DNA of 64,000 nucleotides from Patescibacteria group bacterium (GTDB taxonomy: Bacteria; Patescibacteriota; Patescibacteriia; UBA1558; UBA10009), in assembly GCA_018818425.1 (NCBI GenBank), contig JAHISB010000002.1, positions 2,819 to 66,818 on the forward strand, given 5' to 3'. The notes under the pieces were generated by a model. That model was not told the origin of the DNA and searched no databases. It saw only the letters and a program-made list of their open reading frames with translations. The stretch's first letter is position 1, and the number at the start of each line of letters is the position of its first letter. Of the stretch, positions 54,242 to 63,261 are shown piece after piece. Made by a program: the position numbers and the translations under genes.

Positions 54242-55174
54242 ATGGAAGAAAATTGGGGCATGATTGGACATCAAAAAATAGTCCAGTTTTTAGATAAAAG
54301 CATTAAAGTTAATCGTTTAGCCCACGCTTATTTGTTTTACGGCCAGGGTTCGCTGGGCAAAACCACGCTGGCCGAAAAATTTGCCGAAACCCTTTTAAAA
54401 ACACCCGAGGCGGTAGTTACCGATCTTTATAAAGTAGGGCCCCTGGAGGGCAAAAAGAATATTGCCATAGAGCAAGTCAGGGAATGGCGCCTTAAGCTGC
54501 AGATGAAGTCCTTGCATCAGGGTTATAAAGTGGGCATAATTTACGAAGCGGAAAAGCTGAATTTGGAATCAGCCAACGCCCTGCTCAAAACCATCGAGGA
54601 GCCCACGCCGCAGACCGTAATCATTTTAATTACCTCTGCCTGGGATAAAATTCTGCCGACCATTATCTCCCGGAGCCAGCTTATAAGGTTTTCACCGGTC
54701 ATCAACCAAGAAATTATTAACTGTCTTTCGGTTAGAGAATTTCCGGCTGCTGAAATTGAAAAGATGGTTAATTTTGTTGGCGGTTATCCAGGGAAAATTA
54801 TCGCTTATTTGGAAAGTCCGGAACTTTTTACAGAATTTCAGAAATTAAATAAAGAGGTTATTAAAATTTTTAACAGCAATTTGGCTGAAAGGTTTTTAAC
54901 CATAGATAAATTTCTTTCTTCGGCCAAAGAGTTTAATAAAAAAGTTATTTTGACCTATGAATTTTTAAAGCATTTCAGAATTATTTTCAGGGATATGCTT
55001 TTGAAGAATTATAATTTGCCTAATCTTTTGCAGAATAAATCCTTAAAAATAGAGAAAAATTATTCTGTCAACGAGCTTTTAACCATCGGCCTTAAAATGG
55101 AAGAAGCCGAAAACCAGCTTAAAAGCAATGTCCAGCCCCGGCTGATTTTAGAAAATTTAATGTTACATATATGA
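54242..55174 (+). CDS. holB: DNA polymerase III subunit delta' (HolB)
   Basis: Track start is TTG 54203; ATG 54242 (10 nt after TATAAT 54226-54231) gives MEENWGMIGHQKIV...AHAYLFYGQGSLGKTTLA. Confidence 0.7.
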   Translation: MEENWGMIGHQKIVQFLDKSIKVNRLAHAYLFYGQGSLGKTTLAEKFAETLLKTPEAVVTDLYKVGPLEGKKNIAIEQVREWRLKLQMKSLHQGYKVGIIYEAEKLNLESANALLKTIEEPTPQTVIILITSAWDKILPTIISRSQLIRFSPVINQEIINCLSVREFPAAEIEKMVNFVGGYPGKIIAYLESPELFTEFQKLNKEVIKIFNSNLAERFLTIDKFLSSAKEFNKKVILTYEFLKHFRIIFRDMLLKNYNLPNLLQNKSLKIEKNYSVNELLTIGLKMEEAENQLKSNVQPRLILENLMLHI

Positions 55175-56241
55175 AATCACCAATTAAATTAATTATCAGT
55201 TTATTATTTATCACCTTGGTTTTAAGCGGCTGTCTTATTAATGTAAAAACCACGGGCGGCGGTTTCAGCGACGGGGGCGTGTTTGTTTCCGGTAATAGCG
55301 GCGATGACTGGCAGCAGATTTCTTTAATTTACCGGGTCAGCGATGTGGAGAAAACTTTCAGCAATGTTGATTTAACGGCCATGGTTATGGATCCTTTGGA
55401 TAATAAGGCAATTTACATAGCCACTCACGATCAGGGCTTATTTTACACTTACGATGCCGGCGCGGGCTGGCATCAAACTTTGCAGGATAAGGGCAGAATC
55501 AACGCCCTGGCCATCAGCCCCAGCGAATCCTGCATTATCTACGCCGCTATTTCCAACAGAGTTTATAAATCCGTTGATTGCAACAGGCACTGGGATTATA
55601 AGCTGATAGAATCCCGGGCCGATCCTGACAATCAAATTACCTCTTTAGCCATTGATAATTACAATACCAATGTTATTTACGCCGGCACTTCCGGCAAAGG
55701 TTTATTTAGAAGCGATGACGGCGGCTACTCCTGGCACGTGGTTAAATTTTTTAATGACCGGGTGGACAAAGTTTTAATCCTGCCCGCTAACAATCAGGTA
55801 ATCTATGTCGTCACAGCTTCCCAGGGCATATTTAAAACCGCCGATCAGGGAGAAAGCTGGCTGGAAGTTTTTGATGAAGCCATGAAGAAAGAGTATGGCA
55901 ATTTATTAACTTATCGGGATTTAATTTTAGATCCCACGGTAGAAGACGGCCTTTTTTACGCCTGTAATTATGGCTTGTTCAGGTCGGCTGACGGCGGAGC
56001 TGCCTGGAAGAATATCGATTTATTAACCCCGCCTAACACAGCTGTTATTTATTCTTTGGCTATCAATCCTCAAAATGGCCAGGAGATTTATTATGGCATC
56101 GACACTTTGTTATATCGTTCCGAAGACGGCGGAGCCAACTGGATTACCAGGACTTTGCCCACCTCCAGAGCGGCCAAGTATTTAATCGCCGATCCCCGGC
56201 AGTCTGCCAGGGTATATTTAGGAGTAAAGAAGATTAAGTGA
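55171..56241 (+). CDS. BNR/Asp-box repeat beta-propeller lipoprotein (Ycf48-like)
   Basis: Lipoprotein signal (LSGC). Repeated S-x-D-x-G-x-x-W motifs (SDDGGYSW, TADQGESW, SADGGAAW, SEDGGANW). Confidence 0.6.
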   Translation: MKSPIKLIISLLFITLVLSGCLINVKTTGGGFSDGGVFVSGNSGDDWQQISLIYRVSDVEKTFSNVDLTAMVMDPLDNKAIYIATHDQGLFYTYDAGAGWHQTLQDKGRINALAISPSESCIIYAAISNRVYKSVDCNRHWDYKLIESRADPDNQITSLAIDNYNTNVIYAGTSGKGLFRSDDGGYSWHVVKFFNDRVDKVLILPANNQVIYVVTASQGIFKTADQGESWLEVFDEAMKKEYGNLLTYRDLILDPTVEDGLFYACNYGLFRSADGGAAWKNIDLLTPPNTAVIYSLAINPQNGQEIYYGIDTLLYRSEDGGANWITRTLPTSRAAKYLIADPRQSARVYLGVKKIK

Positions 56242-56251
56242 GTTGCTAGGC

Positions 56252-56390
56252 TGAATAAGTTTGATAAGTCATATAAGTTTAATGAGTTTAATAAGTTGAG
56301 TAAGTTCGATAAACTACGGAAGTAAACTTATTCAACTTATTCAACATATTCAACTTATTCAACGTATTCAACTTATTCAACATTTTAAAT
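56252..56390. repeat. intergenic palindrome of ~14 nine-bp units (gaataagtt ... aacttattc)
   Basis: Seven forward units, centre acggaagta, seven reverse-complement units. Confidence 0.75.
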
Positions 56391-56403
56391 TAACAACAAA
56401 CAT

Positions 56404-56958
56404 ATGGGTGAATTTATTAACAGCCACAAACCAGACCTGACCAAGGTTATCGAGCATTTTAAAAAAGAAACAGCGGCCTTAAGAGTAGGCCGGGCCGCTC
56501 CTTCTCTAATAGAAAATATCAAGGCCGAGTCTTACGGCGTGCTAACGCCCATTATCCATTTGGCCAGCATTACGGTTCAGGATCCTAAAAATATGGTAGT
56601 CCAGCCCTGGGATAAAAATAATTTAAAACCCATTGAAAAAGTTTTGCAGTCAGCCGAGCTGGGGGCCAGTATTTCGGTTGATGGCGGCGTCATCAGGATA
56701 GCTATTTCATCAATGACCGAGGAGGCCAGAAAAGAAGTGACTAAAAAATTACATCAAAAAACAGAAGAGGCGCGGGTCAGCATCAGGGGCAAAAGAGAAA
56801 AGATTAAAGAAGAGGTGATAAATCAGGAAAAAAATAAAGAGATTTCCGAGGACGATAAATTTAAATTTTTAGAAGAGCTTGATAATCTGGTTAAAGATTA
56901 TAACGAAGAAATCAAGGAACTGGCCGCTAAAAAAGAGCAAGAAATAATGACAATTTAA
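56404..56958 (+). CDS. frr: ribosome recycling factor
   Basis: 184 aa. Typical Frr three-helix bundle and beta domain (VDGGVIRIAI). Confidence 0.85.
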   Translation: MGEFINSHKPDLTKVIEHFKKETAALRVGRAAPSLIENIKAESYGVLTPIIHLASITVQDPKNMVVQPWDKNNLKPIEKVLQSAELGASISVDGGVIRIAISSMTEEARKEVTKKLHQKTEEARVSIRGKREKIKEEVINQEKNKEISEDDKFKFLEELDNLVKDYNEEIKELAAKKEQEIMTI

Positions 56959-57037
56959 CAAGACGTATGATGTATGACGTGAGTCGTCTGACATCTTTCG
57001 TTATTCGTCATACGTTTTTCAGATAAATACTATAATT

Positions 57038-58153
57038 ATGATTACCATATTAACCTTCATCATTGTTTTAGGCATTTTAATCCTAGCCCACGAGTTTGGG
57101 CATTTTATTACGGCTAAAAAATCAGGCGTTAAGGTAGAAGAGTTTGGCATTGGTTTTCCACCCAGATTGTGGGGCAGAAAAGGCAAAGACGGCGTTTTTT
57201 ACTCTATTAACTGGATACCTTTTGGCGGCTTCGTTAAGTTAAAAGGCGAAGGCGGCGAACATCAAGAAGATCAGGACAGCTTTGCCAATAGACCGGCCCG
57301 TACAAGGGCTTTAATTCTTTCGGCGGGCGTTTTAATGAACGTGGTTTTGGCTTTTGTCCTTTTTTCCGTTGGCTTTATGCTGGGTTTGCCCGCTACCATT
57401 GGCGAGGAGCAAATCAACGATCCGGCCGTTAAAAATGTCAAGGTGCAAATTGCTTCGGTGGTTATGGATTCGCCCGCTTATGCCTCGGGCTTAATAGTCG
57501 GCGACCAGCTTTTGGCTATCGATAATCAGGAAATGCGGCTGGTCAGCCAGTTTCAGAGTTATATCAGCGAGCATCAAGACAGCCAGTTAACTCTGCAAAT
57601 TGCCAGAAGCAAGGAAAATCAAGAAATCAAAGTTGTCCCGCAAATAATTGAGGGCTTTGCGGAGGAAAAGGTGATGGGAGTGACTCTGATTCAAACTGGC
57701 ATTGTCAGGCATAATTTTTTTGCCAGCTGGTATTATGGCTTGAAAACAACCGTCAGTATTTTAGCGATGATAGTGTTGGCTTTTTACAATCTGCTTAAAA
57801 ATCTTGTTCTTGGCTTGGGCGTTTCTATAGACCTTAGGGGCCCGGTGGGCGTGGCTATTATGACGGGCCAGGTGGTTTCTTTGGGCTGGATTTATGTTCT
57901 GCAGTTTACCGCTATTTTATCTTTGAATTTGGCAGTAATCAATTTTTTTCCTTTCCCGGCTTTAGACGGCGGCAGATTTTTATTCTTAATCATTGAAAAA
58001 ATCCGGCGCCGGCCCAATAATCAAAAAGTAGAGAATTTAATCCATAACATCGGCTTTACTATTTTAATAATTTTAGTGTTAGTGGTTACTTATCGCGATA
58101 TTGCGTATTACGGAGCCGGCTTTATAGAAAAAATTAAGGGAATGTTCGGGTAA
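57038..58153 (+). CDS. rseP: RIP metalloprotease RseP (site-2 protease)
   Basis: HEFGHFITAK (HExxH), PDZ domain, NLAVINFFPFPALDGGR (LDG motif). ATG directly after TATAAT 57032-57037. Confidence 0.85.
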   Translation: MITILTFIIVLGILILAHEFGHFITAKKSGVKVEEFGIGFPPRLWGRKGKDGVFYSINWIPFGGFVKLKGEGGEHQEDQDSFANRPARTRALILSAGVLMNVVLAFVLFSVGFMLGLPATIGEEQINDPAVKNVKVQIASVVMDSPAYASGLIVGDQLLAIDNQEMRLVSQFQSYISEHQDSQLTLQIARSKENQEIKVVPQIIEGFAEEKVMGVTLIQTGIVRHNFFASWYYGLKTTVSILAMIVLAFYNLLKNLVLGLGVSIDLRGPVGVAIMTGQVVSLGWIYVLQFTAILSLNLAVINFFPFPALDGGRFLFLIIEKIRRRPNNQKVENLIHNIGFTILIILVLVVTYRDIAYYGAGFIEKIKGMFG

Positions 58154-58154
58154 A

Positions 58155-58245
58155 ATAATCAAATTAAAAGAACCAAGAACCAAACAAGAACCAAAATTAA
58201 AAAATAAAAAACTTTTTTATTTCGGTCCTTTTGATTTGTTTGCCT
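58155..58245. repeat. intergenic word palindrome (aagaaccaa / ggtccttttgatttg), sibling of 25165-25290
   Basis: Shared words and order. Confidence 0.5.
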
Positions 58246-58304
58246 GTCCCGAGGAAAGTCGAGGGGGTTCTTAAGCGCTTCGGCTCTTATTCATTTTAAA
58301 AATT

Positions 58305-58604
58305 ATGAAATTCAACATACAAAAAACCCAACTTCAAAAAAACCTCCGAGATGCCCTTCGTCGCGCAGGATACTTCAGTATCAGCGATAGAAAATCCGGA
58401 CAGTTAAGTTATGTCAAACGTCTCTCTAAAACCCAGCATTATCCCAGGTTTCATTTATATTTTACCGAAGATCAGGATTCATACACATTCAACCTTCATT
58501 TAGACCAGAAAAAACCCAGCTATGCCGGCCAACATGCCCACAGCGGCGAATATGATGAGCCATTGGTTAAAGAGGAGGCGGAAAGGATTCAATCAATAAT
58601 ATAA
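58305..58604 (+). CDS. hypothetical protein
   Basis: 99 aa basic/His-rich. No family recognised. Confidence 0.35.
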   Translation: MKFNIQKTQLQKNLRDALRRAGYFSISDRKSGQLSYVKRLSKTQHYPRFHLYFTEDQDSYTFNLHLDQKKPSYAGQHAHSGEYDEPLVKEEAERIQSII

Positions 58605-58626
58605 AAATCCATTGAGAGTTCATTAC

Positions 58627-58678
58627 TCTTTGTCATTTCGAGCGGAATGAAATGGAGTCGAGAAATCCCTTAAGAAAG
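58627..58678. repeat. TTTGTCATTTCGAGCGGAATGAAATGGAG element upstream of the GIY-YIG gene
   Basis: Matches 51526-51580. Preceded by atccattgagagttcattac, related to 53557-53576. Confidence 0.7.
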
Positions 58679-58686
58679 GCGATTAT

Positions 58687-58989
58687 ATGGTAAAAAGAGA
58701 ATATAACTTTTATGTTTATATCATGGCCAGCGCATCAGGCACATTATATGTGGGCATGACTAATGATTTAGAACGTCGGGTAGATGAGCATAAACGAGGA
58801 TTAATTGAATGCTTTACTAAAAAGTATTCATGTCATAAATTAGTCTATTATGAACATTTTACGGATGTTTATGAAGCTATTGAAAGAGAAAAACAGATAA
58901 AAAGATGGCGCAGAGAAAAAAAACAGAACCTTATCAGAACTATTAACCCTATCTGGAAAGATTTAGGTTTAGAATCAGAATGGGAATAA
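58687..58989 (+). CDS. GIY-YIG nuclease family protein (small, standalone)
   Basis: 100 aa. YNFYVYIMASASGTLYVGMTNDLERRVDEHKRG... (GIY...YVG motif, Arg, Glu). Confidence 0.75.
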   Translation: MVKREYNFYVYIMASASGTLYVGMTNDLERRVDEHKRGLIECFTKKYSCHKLVYYEHFTDVYEAIEREKQIKRWRREKKQNLIRTINPIWKDLGLESEWE

Positions 58990-59023
58990 TCATTTTTCTT
59001 TTTATTTCATTATCCTTTGTCAT

Positions 59024-59136
59024 TTCGACTGGAGCGGAGCGGAACGGAGAAATCCCTTGATTAGAAGAAGTAAGGGATCTCTCCGCTCACCTTCATTCAC
59101 TTCGCTCATTACGGTTCGGTCGAGATGACAAAGAGG
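59024..59136. repeat. TGTCATTTCGAC-family nested hairpin downstream of the GIY-YIG gene
   Basis: cctttgtcatttcgac / gtcgagatgacaaagagg outer stem. ggagaaatccctt / aagggatctctcc inner stem. Confidence 0.7.
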
Positions 59137-59302
59137 GTCAAAATAACAGCGATTATCAAAACACAATGAAATTAATAAAAAACAGCCACTAAAAGATGGC
59201 TGTCTCACTCTATATCGCTATAGAGCGCTGAAATTTTTCAATTAAATTATAAGCAAATGGTTTTTAACTTGTAACTAATTTATCAACATATCCAATTCCA
59301 TT

Positions 59303-59578
59303 ATGAATAAGGATGTAAAATGTAGTCAATGTAGAAATTTAAAGGATGTTAATAATCCCAGATTTAATAATGTACAGGAAATATCTATACAACGTCAAAT
59401 AAAAAAATTTCGTTGTGAAGCTGATATACCAAATTATTTTTCATGTGTAGAAGTTAAAAAGATACGAAATTGTGATAAATTTAGACCAAGGACTTTATCA
59501 TTTTGGCAGGAATTATTAAATAAATTATTAATTCTTCCAAAATGGATAGCAAATTACTTTTTAAATAAAATAAAATAA
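59303..59578 (+). CDS. hypothetical small Cys-containing protein
   Basis: 91 aa, AT-rich, weak. Confidence 0.3.
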   Translation: MNKDVKCSQCRNLKDVNNPRFNNVQEISIQRQIKKFRCEADIPNYFSCVEVKKIRNCDKFRPRTLSFWQELLNKLLILPKWIANYFLNKIK

Positions 59579-59582
59579 CAAT

Positions 59583-60824
59583 ATGCTCCAATCAAAACTA
59601 TTCGGCAAAACTTTAAGGGAAGCGCCCAGAGGCGAGGTTTCTAACAACGCCATTCTTTTATCCAGAGCCGGTTATATTGACAAGCTGATGGCAGGGGCTT
59701 ACAGCTATCTGCCGCTGGGCTATAAAGTTTTGGCTAAAATTCAGCAAATCGTCAGGGAGGAAATGGAAGCTATCGGCGGACAGGAAATTTACATGCCGGC
59801 TTTGCAGCCCAAAGAACTGTGGCAAGAAACCGGTCGCTGGGAAGTTTTAAAAGAAATAATGTTTCAGTTTAAGGGCCGGGGAGATAAAGAATTCGGTTTA
59901 GCGACAACTCACGAAGAAGTAATTGTTGATATAGTCAGAAAGCGCCTGACTTCTTACCGCGATCTGCCTTTGCATTTATTTCAGATTCAGGATAAATTCC
60001 GCAACGAGCCCAGGGCCAAATCAGGACTTTTGCGGGGCAGGGAGTTCAGTATGAAGGATTTATACAGTTTTCATGCCAGCCAAAAAGATTTAGAAGACTA
60101 TTATCAAAAAGCCATTCCAGCTTATCAAAAAATATTTAAGCGCTGCGGTTTGCAATCAATTGTTACCGAAGCATCGGGCGGGGTTTTTACCAAAGAATTT
60201 TCTCATGAATTTCAGGCGCCTACGCCTTACGGCGAAGATGAAATTATAACTTGCGAACTATGCGATTTTTCTCAAAACACCGAAATTTGTAAATTAAAAG
60301 AAGGAGATAAATGTCCAAAGTGCGGGGGAAAAGTCAAATTGACCAAATCCATCGAAGTAGGCAATATTTTTAAATTGGGCTGTAAGTATTCCGCAGATAT
60401 GGGCTTGACCTACGCAGATGAAAGTGGTAAGAAACAAGAGGTTATTATGGGCTGTTACGGCATTGGCCCCTCCAGGGTTATGGGTTCAGTTGTTGAGGTT
60501 CACCATGATGACAAAGGCATTGTTTGGCCAAAAAATTTAACTCCGTATCATGTTCATTTATTACAAATTTCAGATAAAAGGAAAAAAGATGCCGAAAAAA
60601 TTTATCAAGATTTAATTAAACAAAACATCGCTGTTTTGTATGATGATCGCGAGGAATCGGCAGGAGTCAAGTTAAATGACGCTGATTTAATCGGCATTAA
60701 TCTTCAACTCATTGTAGGCGATAAAACTAAAGATAAAATTGAGTATCGGACCAGAAGCGGCAAAGATCGGGGTATAATCAAAATGGACGAGGTTGTTAAA
60801 GCGGTGGAGAAAATATATCACTAA
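59583..60824 (+). CDS. proS: proline--tRNA ligase, short bacterial-type lacking the INS editing domain, with Cys4 insertion
   Basis: 413 aa. N-terminus FGKTLREAPRGEVSNNAILLSRAGYI typical of bacterial ProRS. Class II motifs. CELCDF...CPKCGG zinc-ribbon-like insertion. C-terminal anticodon-binding domain. Confidence 0.8.
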   Translation: MLQSKLFGKTLREAPRGEVSNNAILLSRAGYIDKLMAGAYSYLPLGYKVLAKIQQIVREEMEAIGGQEIYMPALQPKELWQETGRWEVLKEIMFQFKGRGDKEFGLATTHEEVIVDIVRKRLTSYRDLPLHLFQIQDKFRNEPRAKSGLLRGREFSMKDLYSFHASQKDLEDYYQKAIPAYQKIFKRCGLQSIVTEASGGVFTKEFSHEFQAPTPYGEDEIITCELCDFSQNTEICKLKEGDKCPKCGGKVKLTKSIEVGNIFKLGCKYSADMGLTYADESGKKQEVIMGCYGIGPSRVMGSVVEVHHDDKGIVWPKNLTPYHVHLLQISDKRKKDAEKIYQDLIKQNIAVLYDDREESAGVKLNDADLIGINLQLIVGDKTKDKIEYRTRSGKDRGIIKMDEVVKAVEKIYH

Positions 60825-60829
60825 GAAAT

Positions 60830-60965
60830 CCTAAGCGCCAAATCCCATCCCCGAATAAATCGGGGACTAAATAAATCCAAAATCCAAAATTATAATATAA
60901 TTTAATGTTTTGAATTTTGATATTAGAATTTTGATATTATTTAGGATTTGGAATTTAATAGTATT
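60830..60965. repeat. intergenic region with ccccgaataaatcgggg mini-hairpin and aatccaaaat / attttgatatt word palindrome
   Basis: Immediately upstream of mreB. Confidence 0.5.
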
Positions 60966-60966
60966 T

Positions 60967-62007
60967 ATGTTCAACAAACTTCTCGGCAGATTTTCCAAAG
61001 ATATGGGTATTGATCTGGGCACAGCCAATACCCTTGTTTATATTCGGGATAAAGGCATTGTCATCAACGAACCGTCGGTCGTGGCCATTAATAAAAGAAA
61101 CGATCAGATAATCGCCGTGGGCGAGGATGCCAAAAAGATGGTGGGTAAAACTCCCTCCCATATTCAAATCGTTAAACCTTTAGTGGGAGGGGTTATTTCT
61201 GATTTTGAAGTGACCGAAAGAATGATCAAATATTTTATTAATAAGATTCATCAGGAAAGTTTTAGTTTGGTGCCCCGCCCCCGCGTAGTTATCAGCATTC
61301 CTTTAGATGTAACCGAGGTAGAAAGGAAGGCCGTAGAAGATGCCACCAAATCGGCCGGCGCCAGAGAAGTTTATTTAATCGAACAGCCCTTAGCGGCCGC
61401 CATTGGTTCGCGTCTGCCTATTCAGGAGTCGGCCGGCTTTATGGTGGTGGAGATCGGCGGCGGCACCACCGAGATTGCTGTTATTTCTTTGGGCGGGATT
61501 GTTACCTTTAATTCTTTGCCTACCGCCGGCAACGAATTAGATGAAAATATAGTTCAATACGCCAGGGAAAATTTTAATTTGCTTTTAGGCGAACGGACAG
61601 CCGAAACCATTAAGATAAAAATCGGCACCGTAGCCAGCGATTTCGAAAAACAAGAAACCACTATGCGTGGCCGGGATTTAATTTCCGGTTTGCCTAAAGA
61701 AGTAATTATTACCAATCAGCATATTAAAGAGGCCATTTATCGCTCGGTCAGAAAAATTGTGGAAGCCATTAGAGACGCTATAGAAAAAACGCCGCCGGAG
61801 CTGGTAGCCGATATCTACCAGCGCGGCCTGGTGCTTTCCGGGGGCGGGGCTTTGTTAAAGGGACTGGACAGGATGATTTTTCAGGAAATTAAAATTCCGG
61901 TTCATATCGCCGACGATCCTTTAACGTCGGTGGTTAGGGGCACGGGCATAATTTTAGAAGATTTAGATAATTTAAAGGAGGTTTTACTGCCTTCTACTTC
62001 GGATTAG
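60967..62007 (+). CDS. mreB: rod shape-determining protein MreB
   Basis: Track start is TTG 60910; ATG 60967 gives MFNKLLGRFSKDMGIDLGTANTLVY. Actin-fold motifs throughout. Confidence 0.9.
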   Translation: MFNKLLGRFSKDMGIDLGTANTLVYIRDKGIVINEPSVVAINKRNDQIIAVGEDAKKMVGKTPSHIQIVKPLVGGVISDFEVTERMIKYFINKIHQESFSLVPRPRVVISIPLDVTEVERKAVEDATKSAGAREVYLIEQPLAAAIGSRLPIQESAGFMVVEIGGGTTEIAVISLGGIVTFNSLPTAGNELDENIVQYARENFNLLLGERTAETIKIKIGTVASDFEKQETTMRGRDLISGLPKEVIITNQHIKEAIYRSVRKIVEAIRDAIEKTPPELVADIYQRGLVLSGGGALLKGLDRMIFQEIKIPVHIADDPLTSVVRGTGIILEDLDNLKEVLLPSTSD

Positions 62008-62010
62008 CCA

Positions 62011-62811
62011 ATGAGTAAAAGAAGAAAAAATACCATAATTATTGTTTTGTTAGCTTTAGTTATTTTTATAGGTTACTATGCCGGCTTGGTTAATTTATTA
62101 GAACAAGGTTTGTTAAAATTATTTTCACCGGTTCAGCAGCAGCTGTATAACTGGAGCCTGGTTCTTAAAAAAATCAATAATCTGGGAGAAATTTTAGAAG
62201 AAAACACCTATCTTAAAAGCGAACTGTCTAAACTGGTTGTTGATTACGTTAAATTGTCCAATATTGAATCGGAAAATGAATATTTAAAAAAAGAGCTAGA
62301 TTACTTAAAAGAAAATAAGTATAATTATCAAATAGCCGGTGTTATCGGCGGCCAGCCTTACCAAGGGCAGATTTTGTTTATTAATAAAGGCAGTCAAGAT
62401 GGTTTACTGGAGAATTTAGCGGTTACGGCCGGCCAGGGGATTATTATTGGCAAGGTGGTTTCAGTTTTGCCCCGCCGCTCCCAGGTTCAGCTGTTAACCG
62501 ACCCCGATAGCCGTTTGGCCGCTTCTTTTAGCCAACAAACCGGCACTCAAGGACTGGTCAGAGGCAAGGCAGGCAGCAGTTTAATTATGGAATTTGTTCC
62601 TCAAAATTTAGAGATAAAAGAAGGGGATTTAGTGATTACCTCCGGCCTTGAGGAAAATATTCCCCGCGGACTGCTGGTGGGCAGAGTGACAGAGGTAAAT
62701 AATTTAGCGGGTCAGATTTTTCAGCAGGTCAATATTTTAACGCCATTTAATTATCAGAATTTTTCAACTCTTACTATAATCATGCCGGCTTCCGATGATA
62801 TTAATGAGTGA
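62011..62811 (+). CDS. mreC: rod shape-determining protein MreC
   Basis: 266 aa. N-terminal TM, coiled coil, C-terminal GDLVITSGLEENIPRGLLVGRV. Confidence 0.8.
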   Translation: MSKRRKNTIIIVLLALVIFIGYYAGLVNLLEQGLLKLFSPVQQQLYNWSLVLKKINNLGEILEENTYLKSELSKLVVDYVKLSNIESENEYLKKELDYLKENKYNYQIAGVIGGQPYQGQILFINKGSQDGLLENLAVTAGQGIIIGKVVSVLPRRSQVQLLTDPDSRLAASFSQQTGTQGLVRGKAGSSLIMEFVPQNLEIKEGDLVITSGLEENIPRGLLVGRVTEVNNLAGQIFQQVNILTPFNYQNFSTLTIIMPASDDINE

Positions 62812-62840
62812 TTATTATTCAAGCTATACCCCTTCGCTTT

Positions 62841-63006
62841 TATACCCAATTACTTTAATAAAATAGAAAATACTCCGACCTGTCCCGCGAAGTTTTAACG
62901 TAGCGGGAAGCGATGCGTTAATATTGATACTAATATTAGATAAAATAATTCAATAATTCAAATTATTCAATTAGCAAAATCGGAATTATTAAAGCGAAGG
63001 AGTATA
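62841..63006. repeat. ~130 bp AT-rich dispersed element, copy 2 (between mreC and mreD)
   Basis: Matches 39709-39836, with a 34-nt hairpin insertion (cccgcgaagttttaacgtagcggg) and an 8-nt duplication. Followed by the gaacatgggagca word palindrome (63030-63135). Confidence 0.85.
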
Positions 63007-63189
63007 TAACTCCGAAGCGGCGGAGCTTAGTATGAGAACATGGGAGCATGAGAACATGGGAGCACTAGAACATGGGAGCATTAGAACATTGGAGCACTTG
63101 CTCTTATGCTCCCATGTTCCAATGTTCTCATGCTAAACTTCGGGGCATTATACGGAATTATTTAAGCAATTGAGTATAAATTAAAATGA

Positions 63190-63261
63190 ATCCCGCACCA
63201 CAGGAAACCACTGGCGTAAGTCCATAATCAAGTTGTGCTGGGTAAGCCTGTGGTGCGGGAT
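63190..63261. other. 15-bp perfect inverted repeat (ATCCCGCACCACAGG / CCTGTGGTGCGGGAT) overlapping the mreD start codon
   Basis: Arms at 63190-63204 and 63247-63261, 42-nt loop. The ATG of mreD (63260) lies in the 3' arm. Confidence 0.7.

Noticed and set aside
59020-59208. 62-aa minus-strand ORF
   Set aside because: Lies inside the nested hairpin repeat downstream of the GIY-YIG gene.
63031-63132. 33-codon ORF (MRTWEHENMGALEHGSIRTLEHLLLCSHVPMFSC) with upstream AAGGAG
   Set aside because: Its sequence is the GAACATGGGAGCA word palindrome itself. The periodic ATG/GAG words create the ORF by construction.
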